A stretch of DNA of 64,000 nt, taken from Basidiobolus meristosporus CBS 931.73. Taxonomy: Eukaryota; Fungi; Basidiobolomycota. Below, piece after piece: positions 49,998 to 62,342 of this stretch; position 1 is the stretch's first letter; each line of letters opens with the position of its first letter. A model generated the notes under the pieces. The model did no database searches. It was given only the letters and a program-made list of their open reading frames with translations, and was not told the DNA's origin. The stretch lies in the NCBI GenBank assembly GCA_002104905.1, contig MCFE01000352.1:1-64000 (forward strand), in the 5' to 3' direction. Made by a program: the position numbers and the translations under genes.

Positions 49998-50481
49998 AAT
50001 CGGGAAAATCAATGCATTATATTCATACATCAACATATAGCTATGATGACTATCAATAAACAATCCGCACCGCCATTTGCACTACAATTACCTTGTCTTG
50101 ACCCAATGGGGAGTTTTGGACCAAACAACGCCTCAAGCGCCTTGGACGCACAGCGATTTACAGTTTGGTTGTCGATCAGGGAGGGAATTGGGGATTGTGA
50201 GCAAGAGGTGCATAAATGACATGTGGCGAGCTCTGGCTTAAATCATCCATTGTACTGAGAAGAATGGTCAGCTTTTCTCCGATATTGTTTGTTTGTTTGT
50301 TAACTTTTGTTTATAGGCAAGCTAGGTGCTAGTTCACCTGGACGAACTAAAACTCATTTGAGACTCCTTCGCAGCCAATATTAGCTTTCAAGCCTGGTCT
50401 TAGTATTGGTCGGAAGACTTTTGGAAATAGAGAATAGAACTTGAACTTCTTGAAGGAGTTCTGTATTGACCTTACCCTCAA

Positions 50482-51813
50482 ATGCCGGCCCAAATCAATC
50501 ATTTGTTTTTGAACACCATGAATACCACCCTTTCACACGGCGTACCCGAAGAACGCCTGAACTCCCCCACCATATCGATGACAACCAGAAGCCCAACCCT
50601 AATCAGCGACAATAGCTCATCATGCTGTGACTCCGACATTGACTCCATCGAGTTGAGTATCCATTCCCCGGTCACGCCATCCTTCGACATCAAAGATGAG
50701 CTGGAATACCCGTTTGATACTCACTTGCAGAAGAAAGCCGCCTCAATACCTCAGCCTCACCATACCTCCGATTTCCTATCTGACTCTGAATTCTGGGAGT
50801 ATCTGATCGACCACTACCCATTGATGCTGGCCCACAACCGGGAACGAGTGGCCAAGAAGATTTATCAGGGGATCCCCGAGAATTACCGAGGCAGAGTGTG
50901 GCAGGCGATGTCGCAGTCAAAGACCACCTATCTTGATACGCTATACTCCCAACTGCTGACGGAGAGCTCGCCCTTCGAGGCTGATATACTTCTGGATTTG
51001 CCCAGGACTTTCCCCCGGATGGAGATGTTCAGAAAGAAGGGAGGCGAAGGCCAAGCACGTTTGTTTAATGTACTCAAGGCCTATTCGGTGTATGACCCAG
51101 AAATCGGCTACGCCCAGGGATTTGGCTACATCGTGGCGACCCTTTTACTTCACGTAAGGAGCTAACCAACCCACCCGCTAAACATTCGTTCATTAACCCT
51201 AACTTCCATTGGCAACAGATGTCAGAAAGTGAGGCTTTTTGCGTATTCGTGAGGTGAGTGACCTAATCAATGCCCTTGAACCACGACACACACTTAGCCA
51301 ATACTCGCAACATATAGACTCATGCAGTCCCACAATCTCCGGGAAATGTTTGGCTCTGACCTTCACCGTTTAGAATGTGGTGTGTACCAGTTTCGCTGCC
51401 TCTTGGCTGGCCATTTCCCCAAATTGGTGCATCATCTCGATGCACATAATGTTCGCACCGCAATGTACACGACCTCATGGTTCTTAACCCTCTTCACCAA
51501 CGTTCTTCCTCAGTCCATAGTACTCCGTTTGCTCGATGTGATGCTGCTGGAGGGCTTAACGGTGACGGTGATTCGAATGGGGCTCGCGCTAATGCATCAA
51601 TGTTTGCCTGACCTGCTGAACGCAACAGACTACGGAGAGCTGATGAAAATAGTGACAGGAACGATATTTGAGATATCCCCAAGCAAAGAGGAAGAGCTCA
51701 TCCAGTCCATCTGCTTATTTACGGATGTTAATGAGCAGGAACTACGAGCGCTGAGGAACCGCCATAGATTATTAAGGGAGGTTTTTACCAGAAAACGAAA
51801 CACGTTCGATTGA
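50482..51813 (+). CDS. TBC-domain Rab GTPase-activating protein (EVI5/Gyp5-like)
   Basis: GIPENYRGRVW; ILLDLPRTFP; LFNVLKAYS..GYAQG; MYTTSWFLTLF; two short introns. Confidence 0.9.
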
Positions 51814-52457
51814 TCCAACTAGACCATGAAAACGCGATCCATTAATCCGATTAGGCTATTATTTTACCTCTTTATTTTCAAATTAATTATGTGATTTCAT
51901 ACTATAGACATTCAATATATTAAATCCTATCAATGCATTTCCTGTTGTGTCGGCTTTCCCAGGATCTAAAAGCTTGTGCAATGTTGAGTGCCGATCACAT
52001 ATATACACCTTGATGGTTGGTTGAAGTCCCCTTGAGCAGAGATGACTCTATCTTTGGGATGTTTGTTCATGACCAAAGGTAAGACCACTGGATCTGCATT
52101 TCCTACCTGTGAAGCATTATTGCTACTGTTTGCCGATCTGGGTTATTTTCATCTTTAATGCCCCAGTAATCTTGTACGCATGAATTCAGGTTCGAAACTC
52201 AAGTATCGCCTACGTCAATGGATTTGGTGTGGTCAGGAAGAGAAACGCGCTCGATTAATCCGATTAGGGAATTATATCCTGTGTCACTTTGCTCCAAGTC
52301 CGATCTATAGGCTATATCAGCATTTATTATATGGAGATTGAATTGAAAAATTACATTCGGCTGTAAGAGGTGTAATCTAATGGTTCGTTTCTGGTTGCTC
52401 TAGTCAAGCGGCGCTCTTGCGCGAGCGAATGAAGCGTGTGATTAAGAGCGCGAAATC

Positions 52458-52939
52458 TTAGCATAGCGCGTCGAAGCAGCAGCAGAGACAGGTACCAAGA
52501 GCACTAGATATCGACCAACATTAGCATGTTGTTATCTTGCATGAAGTATAGGCGATCTACTTACCATCCCAAGCATAAACCATCATCCTTATCTTGTGGC
52601 TGTTGTTGGACAATAATGGTTTGCGGTTGCTGCTGTTGTTGTGGTTGTTGTTGTTGTGGGGGATAGTAACCTGGAAACGGAAGGTTTAGTTACAGTTGAG
52701 AGCAACGAAGATCATGCTACTTAATCACCTTGTGGTGGAGGATTGTAAGCGCCAGCAGAGCCTTGGTAGTTGGCAGCCTGTCCGCCATCACCATAATAAC
52801 CTTGAGCAGGTGGTTGAGGATAAGGGCTGTACTGAGGCTGTTGTTGTTGACCATATTGGGGCTGTTGGCCATATTGTGGTTGACCATAGGGAGCACCACC
52901 TTGAGCAGGGTAGCCTTTATCTTGAGGATATTCACTCAT
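52458..52939 (-). CDS. CYSTM-type small Pro/Gln/Tyr-rich protein with Cys-rich tail (3 exons)
   Basis: YPQ/QPQYG repeats; spliced end DDGLCLG..ALGTCLCCCFDALC*. Confidence 0.82.
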
Positions 52940-53468
52940 CACTGGAGGTTATTGACAATAGACTAGGAGTAAGAGTAAGAGCTGTCAAAGGGATGACGGG
53001 AACGACTTGATTTAAAAACTAAACCGAGATCGGGTAGTGTAAGACTATTGGCTGTTGGAAAAGCGACTGAGAAATTTTATGGATCAGGATGACTTTACGG
53101 CCTTATATACTGTGGATTCCGGGTTCGGGCTCAACACGAAATTCCTCGATGAAATATCTAGAAAATCCATCATACAATTTCTACATTCTACACAGAAGTA
53201 TCGCCAAAGGATGGAATGCCAAGCCAAAATGAGCGATCGATAAATCCGATTCCGGCTAATCTTATTAAGCATGATTCTTAACATTCAACGCACTTGTCGA
53301 GGGCGAAGTGGTTTTGGAATGATGTTGATTTTTTATTTATGCACGAAACAAGACAACAATTCCAGGTCACGTGGGGATGAGATCTTTGTGGCTCACGGGC
53401 GGAATGCTCATTTGAATGCAAACAAGCAACCAGTTCAAGGAGCAGCCGAATCTTCAGTCTATTGTGAA

Positions 53469-56400
53469 ATGAACTTCGGCAACCCGCCATACTTTCCTGA
53501 GCAAAGTATGCCACAAAAGACAGTTGAGAGCTCTAGTTTCTATCCTGATTTGGCAAGTTTTCTGTCTGAACTTGAGGTGCCTACTCCTGCTGCTGTCAAT
53601 GCTCTTCACAGCCTACAGAAGGAGCCCAGTGGTTGGCAGTTAGCTTCTGCCCTCTTGGAAACGAACGTAGGTCCTTCCATATATCGCCAAGCCTGTTGAA
53701 GGCACCGCTAACCGCTTGGCTTTACAGTCTTCACAAAACCAATTCTTTGGGGCACACACATACCAAATTAAGATATCGAGAGATTGGTAAGTAGATTCAA
53801 AGAATCAAAACATGGATTCACTTATCTGATGTCTTTGGGATGTAGGGATACATTACCGGAGGATCAGGTTCACCGGCTACGCGAAGAACTTCTAAAATGG
53901 ATAGTGGAATTCAGCAACGGACCCAACCTAGTATTGACAAAACTCTGCCAAGCGGTGGGTAGTTCTCCTACCCAAGCCAGAAACCCACTTTCTCTAATCT
54001 TTGTATTTTCCCTGACCTCCAGTTGACCACGTATGCTTTACGAACCGTCCCCGATCAATGGACCAATTTCATCCCGGCCACTTTGCAGGCTTTAGAATCG
54101 GAATCGAAAAACCCTCACGGCAGACCTGTGAATAATGAGAACGCTTTCCTGGAGATTTTGACGCTTATTCCAGAGGAGCTCAACCGAGCCGATTTAGTCG
54201 GCTCCAAAAAGTAGGGCCAGAATTTTCACTCCCTCCCTCACTCGCCCATCATAGGTATTCATGCTTTTTGCAGGAGCCAATTCAACCAAGAACTCCTAAA
54301 CTCGATCCCCTTGGTGCTTAATACAGTCGGGGCATTTTTATCTGACGACACTCGGACAGACCCCGCCTACGACTTTTTACGCCAAAAGTCTCTCCGATGC
54401 TTGCAAAGCTGGATTCAGTACGGAATCCCTCCAGAGTAGGTGTTGCCAGTTACTTGCTTGCATGGATGAAAAAATTCATGAATGTCTAGCTCTCTAGCCC
54501 CCATATTCAACCGAGCATTAGATCTTCTAAGGAGGGAATCCACCTTCGAAGCATCTATCGAGGTACTTATCGAGCTATTGACCCGCCAAGGAAGCTCGCA
54601 GTATGGCAACACTCTGAGTGAAAGCTTCTTCCGGTGTATTGCCAGCCCGTGGATGAAAAGCACAACCGAGGCATCTATTAGTGGTAAGTAACGGATCTCC
54701 CAGCAATCCTTACCTGACTTGGCTTATTGAAAAAAGTTATCTAGAGAGTAATGACGACGTTGCAGCATATCTAGCCCGGCTTCTTACCACCTACGGGGAG
54801 GAGTTTACCGAGTACATAGTTCAACACCTTTCAAACCCTGACGTGGGAGTTTATCTCGAGATGATGATCGGATTTATAGGCTTTCCAGGATATTTTGCAG
54901 CCGACCAGGAGATATCCTTTCAACAATGTTGAGGAGACGCCATTCGTTTCCACCATTTTTGTGCCTTGACTCCTTGATACATTAGTGAAATCCCGTTGAA
55001 TTTTTGGTACTTGCTGCAAGAGAGCATTCTCGATTTGACGATAGAATGCGAAGATCAAGCCATCATTCAGAGGACCAAGACCATCGCTTCAATGGTCTTT
55101 TCAAAGCTGGTTCAAGTCTTGAGGCAAAAGATTGAGTATCCCAGTGAAGAGGAATGGTCATCGTGGAGCAAAGGTGCCTTACCCAATATAGATTCATGCA
55201 GTGCTATGTCTAAACCATATCAGATGTTAGAGAGCGGTTTAAAATCTATCGGCGCGACGTCGGCGACACTTTGATTAATTCGTACCTCGTATTGCACGGC
55301 GAGATGCTGGAGTATCTACTGGATCTAGCCGCCACTCAGTTAAGCAGCGATCGTGCCGTGTCTCACTGGCAGGTAAGCCATCCCCTTGCATGGATTGTTG
55401 ATTTCGATCGGCCTAACACCTGGCAATTAGGACTTGGAGTCAACCTTGTTCTGTTTACGTTCTATATCAGAGGCGGTATCCAGTGAAGATCCACATATCG
55501 CCAGATTGTTTGGTGATGAGATCCTTGGGCGGCTCCCCGTTCAGGGCCACAACAAGATCCGGTTGACGACACTTCAGATTCTAGGTATCAGTCGTGCGTT
55601 GCTAGCCTCCTTGCTGCACCTTTTTAAAACACCATAACAGGTTCTTATGCTGACTGGCTCAAGAGACATCCACAGCATTTATTACCCTCCTTGAACTTCA
55701 TCATCCCTACTCTTTCTGATCCCGAACTAGCCTTCATTGCCGCCAGCTCATTCAAGGATATCTGTGATACTTGCCGAGCTGAACTGGTGGATGGGGTCGA
55801 GTCTTTGGTTACCATGTACACGCACATCAGCAGCTCCATTGAGGTATGTCATCATGATTCACGAGGGATCCGGCCTTGGTCCGGTAACTGATGACTTGGG
55901 TACCAGGAAAGAGAGAAGCAAAAGGTTCTGGAATCCATCTCCGCAGTGATTCAAGCTTTACCACCTCGAAAAACTCTCGAGCCACTTTCGGTGAGTGATT
56001 GCTGGGCTTCTGCATGGTGAAAGCGATTCTCATGGAAATATGCGATGTATTGATTAGGTGCTTATCGGGGATATTCTTCAAACCATAACCAAAGCATTCG
56101 ACGTAGGAAAACAGGCAGGTCTTTTGGATCCCCCATTCTCGCGTACACCATCTAACCCTTTACCACAGACGGGGAATTTCCTCGAATGTCGACCAGTCGT
56201 CCTGAGCCACATTCTTTATCTTGTTGCCTGCTGTCGTGGTATCCAGCCACCTGATGACGAACCTACAAACGCCGCAGAACCAGACGAGACCAACGCTGTG
56301 CTGAATCTACCCGAAGCCCAACGGGTCTCGGTTGCCATATGGGGATTGGTTGAGGAGATCTCTAAAGCCTACTGCCAAGACGAAGAGATCATGGAGGTAT

Positions 56401-57615
56401 GCCGGTTTCTCTTCCGCCCGCGCCTTATGTCCAAACGAATGACATCTCGATCAATCTAGGCCATATGCTCGCTGTTGAATACAAGCATCATGTCGTCTTC
56501 ACATGTCTTCACCATGGGTTTCTCCAATATGGCCAGCTTTTTGCACCAGACTTACCAGAGATACCAACACCCTTACATCCTAGACACCGTTTGCCAGTTG
56601 GTTACCGTATATGGCAGTGAAGAGCAGAACGTCATGATCCTGAGCGAGCTATTGGCTACCCTGACTGGCATTACCTTGGGAAATATTCGAAATCTTCAGG
56701 GTACGCTTAAGCAGTTATCAACAATTGAGATCGCACAACGATTCTAATCATCGCACACAGGCATGGAGGAGAATCCGCATTTGACCAGCTCCTACTTCGG
56801 AATGCTCTCCCGAGTAAGTCGTCTATATCGGGCATTCTTGGATAACCAGAGTAATTGACCGCATCCACCAGTATGTCCGCAAATGCCCAGTAGCCTTGTT
56901 CACCACGCCACCGGACGTATTCAACAACATCATCCTATTCGCAGTATCAGGGCTTGGGCTGCAAGAACGTTTGGCCCTTCGATCGGGAATCGGCTTTATG
57001 GTAAAACCATAGGAATTGGTTGAGGATCGAGCACCCACGACTAAACCCCCAATTAGGTTGATTTGATTGGCTTGAACACCGGGAACCAGGCCATATTGGA
57101 TAGCATCGACCACGTGGTTAATACATTCGGCCAGCAAATCATGCAAGAACTCTTGATGGTAAGAAACAGCCTTTCGTATCTGACGGCCTATCGACTAACA
57201 GCAACCTCCATGTGTAGGGAATTGGAGGAAGATTGCCTCGCTCCTTTGTCACCTTGCTTACGGATCTTCTGTACAAGCTCACGGGAAAATATATCCAGAA
57301 CTGTCGCCAATGGTTGGCCATTCTGTTGGCCCAGGTAAGCGGGCTTTTCCTCGAGGTTGCGGCGCCATCCTCCCATCGACTAACCCCTTCCTGTAGGAGA
57401 ATTTCCCCTCCTCGCACATCGACAAACCCTCCAAAGAGGCGTTCGCCAAGAGCATCATGACGTGAGAGAACCATGGGATTACTATTTGACGGGACATTTC
57501 GACTGACATCTCCTCTCTGTATAGGACACGCGGAGTGAAACGCTTCAAGGAAATCGTGACGGAATTCTCCTTGCGTTGCCGAAGAATGGAGAATAGCGCG
57601 TACGGATCCACCTAG
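53469..57615 (+). CDS. Importin-13/transportin-3-family karyopherin beta (many exons)
   Basis: QKEPSGWQLASALL; QFFGAHTYQIKISRD; VLTKLCQA; FLEILTLIPEE; C-terminus KRFKEIVTEFSLRCR resembles importin-13. Confidence 0.88.
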
Positions 57616-57952
57616 AGATAAAACACCCGGATATCTCGACCCAACCCTACCCCACCCCCAGTTCAGAAAGCAGCAGCAATAAAGGCCCAACATTCACATT
57701 CGGTGGCTTAGTTGTCTAGTGTGAAGTTCAAGAACATCACCGGTTTATTTCGTATTTTATCCCAACACAACAATCGTTGGTAAAGAAAGAGAAAGGATCA
57801 GGTATAAATCGGACTTTTAAGGGTCGAACGAGATCATCAATATTCTGGGTAAGCTAGATGGTTGGAAATTTCTATTCGCGATATCCACTCGAGTGTATGT
57901 AGCGTTGCTTTGGGTGACGAAAAAAATCCTATACCTTTCGGTTACGGCGCGC

Positions 57953-58392
57953 TCACCCAAACCTCGATGTTAGAATCGGATAGATCGGGTTGCAGTCTGG
58001 GCTGGTTGGGGATCGGTAGAAGGCTTGGTCCGACGAACTCGTCCCTTTGTAGAGTGGGAAGGGGTGTAGGACAGGCGGGACCTGGGGAGAAGTCTTGCTT
58101 GCCCGGATAGGGCTCAAAACCGGGGTCATTGGTGGGGAGGGGTATGTAGTTACGTTCACTAAGATGGGTTTTGATGCGATCTTGGCGATCTTTCTCGTAT
58201 CATGGGTTAACTGAGGAACGTTGCGGGAGACAGCAACACTCTTGGCATCTTCTAGTCGACACATCTCGCTGCAATACAATGAATCCTATATCACGAAAGG
58301 CGTGAGTCGGCCGGTGTCCCAGCAAAATGACCACGGTGACTTACATCAAGATCAACATGTTTATCGCAAATGATACACCAGTTCATGTCCAT
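57953..58392 (-). CDS. Ecl1/2/3-family zinc-binding protein (~126 aa, 2 exons)
   Basis: Spliced MDMNWCIICDKHVDLD|DSLYCSEMCRLED (intron 58286-58344) followed by a Ser/Pro-rich tail. Confidence 0.82.
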
Positions 58393-58678
58393 GGTTCGAA
58401 TGTTGGGAGGGGGATAAAGAGAGATCTTAATAACAACCATGGATGATCTTAGCCACCCACGTTTTATATTGACCGGCTGGTGAGCATATACTCCGCATAT
58501 ACATATGTGACGTTCCGAGAAGTTTATTAATTCGGGGAGTCCGTTACATGAATCAGAAAATGCGCGGTAGGTGAGTCTATGGTTTTTAGTTTAGCGGTGT
58601 TGACTGGTTTCAGCTGGAAATAACACGGAGATATTCCTGAAACCCGGTGAAAATCCGCGCTAAGGTGGGTGCGGGAGG

Positions 58679-59377
58679 TTAGAGTAGTTGATTAACCAAC
58701 AGTGCCTTCACCACATTGTAGGCCCAGGTGGCACCGTAGTCTGATTGGTCGGAGAGGGTAACTGAGTCGTAGGTGTCGGAGGGGGAATCTGGATTGTAGT
58801 TGTTGGCAGGAAACATGTGGCTGGTGTATGTTGGTATGGGTGCAGTGGTTTTATCAGCAGTAAGCTGTGTTTCGCGGGGGATACGAGCAACAATTGTGGC
58901 AGTTGGTGCAGTGACATTGTGGATAATGATGGTGCGCATGTTGTCCAATGTGATTCGGCCTTGGCTGTTGATTTGGTCGTATTCAGACTTCATAACCAAC
59001 AGGAATTGGTCGCTCAGGGTTACCCGAGATTTCATCTCCATGGGGATTGTCCAGTTTTTAATGTGGGTGGACACATTTGGGCTAGAGTCGTTGAGTAACT
59101 GTGGTCCAAAAATGTCGACCAGTGGGGGGTTCTGCAAGTCGTCGTAGAGTTGGATGGTCACGTTAGGTGACCCAATTAATTGGGCATCTCTGGTAAAATA
59201 TACGCTAATATCGACCGTCTCGCCGGCTTGGTAGGATGGGCGCAGTGACGCATAATCGAACTCAACGCCAGCTAAGATGGAATGTTAGAGGCACCACAAT
59301 TACGCTCAATTTGTGATGGACTGCTTACCGAACACGCTACAGACAAAGAGCAAAACGAGATAGGCTACGCTTGGCAT
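58679..59377 (-). CDS. Hypothetical secreted protein (~213 aa, 2 exons)
   Basis: Signal-like MPSVAYLVLLFVCSVFA; intron 59272-59328; open frame to 58679. Confidence 0.65.
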
Positions 59378-59886
59378 TATTTCATGAAACAACCGAAGAA
59401 AATGAAAGAATCCCCTCGCCCGCCTTATATGCGGCAGGGGAAGCCATATTTGTAAAAGTCCAGACCCCGGCCAGCCACTTTTACCGAGGTCGAAAAGAAT
59501 CGAGAGTGATCAAATGTAGTAAGATTCTGTCGAAAGGAAGCATTCACCGTGGCCAGCATCTAGGAAGACGGGTCATACCATTTCAACCCTTATACTTGGG
59601 TGAGCGTACAAATAAATAGATTAGGAAGCGCTGTAACAATTCATGATTACTACCCAGCAGCATGTCAACCATTACCATCGGCCTTACTAATCATATGATA
59701 ATAATAGGTTTGCTATCCAGATTTGGTGACTTATCAAATGGTCGAAAGAGGCAATCATTTCTTGGGATCGCTCACAGTAACCAATAACCTCAATATACAT
59801 GTCGTGATGCAGTGCTAATCACGATATGCACTCTTCGTATTAAAACCTTCCATCCTTCTGTGGTAAGAATACGCTAATAACACATC

Positions 59887-60427
59887 ATGGCCAAGACGGT
59901 AATCATCGTTATGGGTGTTTCCGGTTGCGGTAAAAGCACCGTCGGCGAAAACCTCTCGAAAAACCTGGGTTACGAGTTTCTGGATGGAGACCACTACCAT
60001 CCAAAAACCAACCTGAAAAAGATGGCCGATGGGATCCCCTTGGTGGACGATGACCGTTGGCCTTGGCTTACCACCTTGAGGGAGGTTTATGTTCACAAAA
60101 TGCAAGCAGCCGACCGGCCCAAGGGCTTGGTGGTAGCCTGTTCTGCCCTGAAGCGAAAATATCGCGAGCTTCTCTCGGACTGTCCCCTCCGATATCAGGG
60201 TTGTATATGTCTTCCTCTCTGGAGACGAGAAGGTTTTGTCAGAGAGAATGAAGCATCGAAAGAACCATTTCATGAAAGAGGATATGCTCAAAAGCCAGCT
60301 CGCCGATTTAGAGGAGCCTCAACCCGAACAGGAGGACGTCGTGAAAGTGGATATCGACAATCCTTTGGAGCTAATGCTTCAGGAGCTCCAAAGCAAGCTT
60401 GGACAATGGAAATTGATGTGCAAATAG
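59887..60427 (+). CDS. Gluconokinase (GntK/IdnK family) with a +1 frameshift at ~60184-60187
   Basis: VMGVSGCGKST P-loop; DGDHYHP; GIPLVDDDRWPWL; ACSALKRKYR; then RMKHRKNHFMKEDMLKSQLADLEEP in the +1 frame. Confidence 0.88.
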
Positions 60428-60931
60428 GCTTAGAATTGATGTGCGAATAGGCTTAGAAACCCACATAATTTTAACCACATTATTTGCCGTTCTACAATGA
60501 GAGCCATCTGCAATCGCACATGCACAGCCCCTAAGAATTTATGGCTCGTCACGCCCAGGAGAATAAAGTTTGCATTGAATATAGTATATAAAAGAAATTG
60601 GTTCTTGATTATTTATCAACCATCAACCACAGATTGCCAATAAAATCGGACCAATGAAAGAGAAAAAAAGCGAAAAGGTGGGGAGAAAAACCTGACCATG
60701 GTATCTATCACCGTCCTTCTACCAATTGCAGCCACGAAATGGTGTCATTAGGGTTGAATTAAATCTCAATTTAGCAAGACTTCTATTGCAACTAACTACT
60801 TCTCCCCAATAGATATTGAATGCCCCAATGGATTTCTGTCCGCCTTACTGAATAAATATGAAGGCCCCTCCGACGAAGAAGATTGCCTGCATCTTTGCCT
60901 ATCGCCTTTCCTTCTTAATATTCTAAACAAA

Positions 60932-61888
60932 ATGTCTGCTACTGCTAAGTTTGTTGCTGCTTCTGCTAACGAAGCTGCTGATAAGCCCACTGGCGCTAAC
61001 TTGTACGCTCGTTTCGCCTTCGCTGGTGCTGTCTGCTGTGGTGTTACCCACGGTGCTCTTACTCCAGTTGATGTCGTCAAGACTAGAATCCAACTTGAGC
61101 CCACCGTCTACAACAAGGGTATGGTCAGTGGCTTCCGTCAAATTATTAAGAACGAAGGTGCTGGTGCTCTTTTGACCGGTTTCGGTCCTACCTTCTCTGG
61201 ATACTTCCTCCAAGGTGCTTTGAAGTTCGGAGGTTATGAATTCTGGAAGAAGACCTTCATTGATGTCCTTGGTCTCGAGACTGCCTCCAACAACCGCACC
61301 GCCATCTACCTTGCCTCCTCTGCTATCGCCGAGTTCTTCGCCGATATCGCCCTCTGCCCCTTGGAAGCTACTCGTATTCGTCTCGTCTCCCAACCTTCCT
61401 TCGCCAGTGGCCTTATCTCTGGCTTCTCCAGATTGTTGAAGGAGGAGGGTGTTGCCCGTGGTTTCTACTCCGGCTTCGGACCCATTTGCTTCAAGCAAAT
61501 CCCTTACACCATGGCTAAGTTCGTTGTTTACGAGCGTGCCGCTGAGGCCATCTACAAGAACCTTGCCACTCCTAAGGACCAATTGAGCTCTGGCTCCCAC
61601 ACCGCCGTCAACCTTACCTCTGGTTTGATCGCCGGTATCTGCGCTGCCATCGTCTCCCAACCCGCCGATACCCTCCTCTCCAAGATCAACAAGCAAAAGG
61701 GTGCTGAAGGATCTGTCACCAGCCGCTTGATCGGTCTCTCCAAGGAGCTCGGTGTTAAGGGACTCTTCATTGGTCTTGGTCCTCGTATTGTCATGGTCGG
61801 TGCCTTGACCTCCCTCCAATTCGCCATCTACGGTGATATCAAGAGAGCCCTCGGAGCCACCGGTGGTGTCGAAATCACCAAGAACTAA
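60932..61888 (+). CDS. MIR1: Mitochondrial phosphate carrier (intronless, strong codon bias)
   Basis: [17 protein letters not shown]; [17 protein letters not shown]; [15 protein letters not shown]; [10 protein letters not shown]; [14 protein letters not shown]. Confidence 0.95.
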   Translation: MSATAKFVAASANEAADKPTGANLYARFAFAGAVCCGVTHGALTPVDVVKTRIQLEPTVYNKGMVSGFRQIIKNEGAGALLTGFGPTFSGYFLQGALKFGGYEFWKKTFIDVLGLETASNNRTAIYLASSAIAEFFADIALCPLEATRIRLVSQPSFASGLISGFSRLLKEEGVARGFYSGFGPICFKQIPYTMAKFVVYERAAEAIYKNLATPKDQLSSGSHTAVNLTSGLIAGICAAIVSQPADTLLSKINKQKGAEGSVTSRLIGLSKELGVKGLFIGLGPRIVMVGALTSLQFAIYGDIKRALGATGGVEITKN

Positions 61889-62342
61889 ATGATTTCACGT
61901 GCATATACAGCATATATCCATTCACTGTCCCCTTGTCCTACCCATAGTAACATCAAAGAAAGATTACATAGACCGCGTCTTTTTTTGTAGAACACTCACA
62001 TCACTCTAACATCCACAATAAACCGCTAAATCCATTTTAGAAGGAATCTACTCTGCTCTTCCGATTCATCCCGTATGTTGAGGTATACGTGTCTGTGGGG
62101 AGCATACCATAGGACCAGGTTGTGTGTTCGAGAAAAGGGATTGTTTCCAAGTATGTGTATACCCCGCAGCCACCTCCCTGGCTATTGGGCCGGGTATTGA
62201 AACATGCCCGAATCCCTCAGATTAATCCCCATTAGTCGTTCCTTGTGACCATTCACTTTTTTATTACTACGAATCAATTGAGGCAAGCCGGAAGAATGGG
62301 CCAATCCGTATGTTTTTCCACGCAAGGGCGATTTGCATCTGG

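Noticed and set aside
52406-52452. Structured RNA (GCGCTCTT...AAGAGCGC hairpin)
   Set aside because: Only a single ~8-bp stem next to a stop codon, with no tRNA, snRNA or snoRNA hallmarks; no RNA gene could be supported anywhere in the window.
60923-61819. 298-aa antisense ORF over MIR1
   Set aside because: Shadow ORF expected from the strong codon bias of a highly expressed gene; no recognisable motifs.
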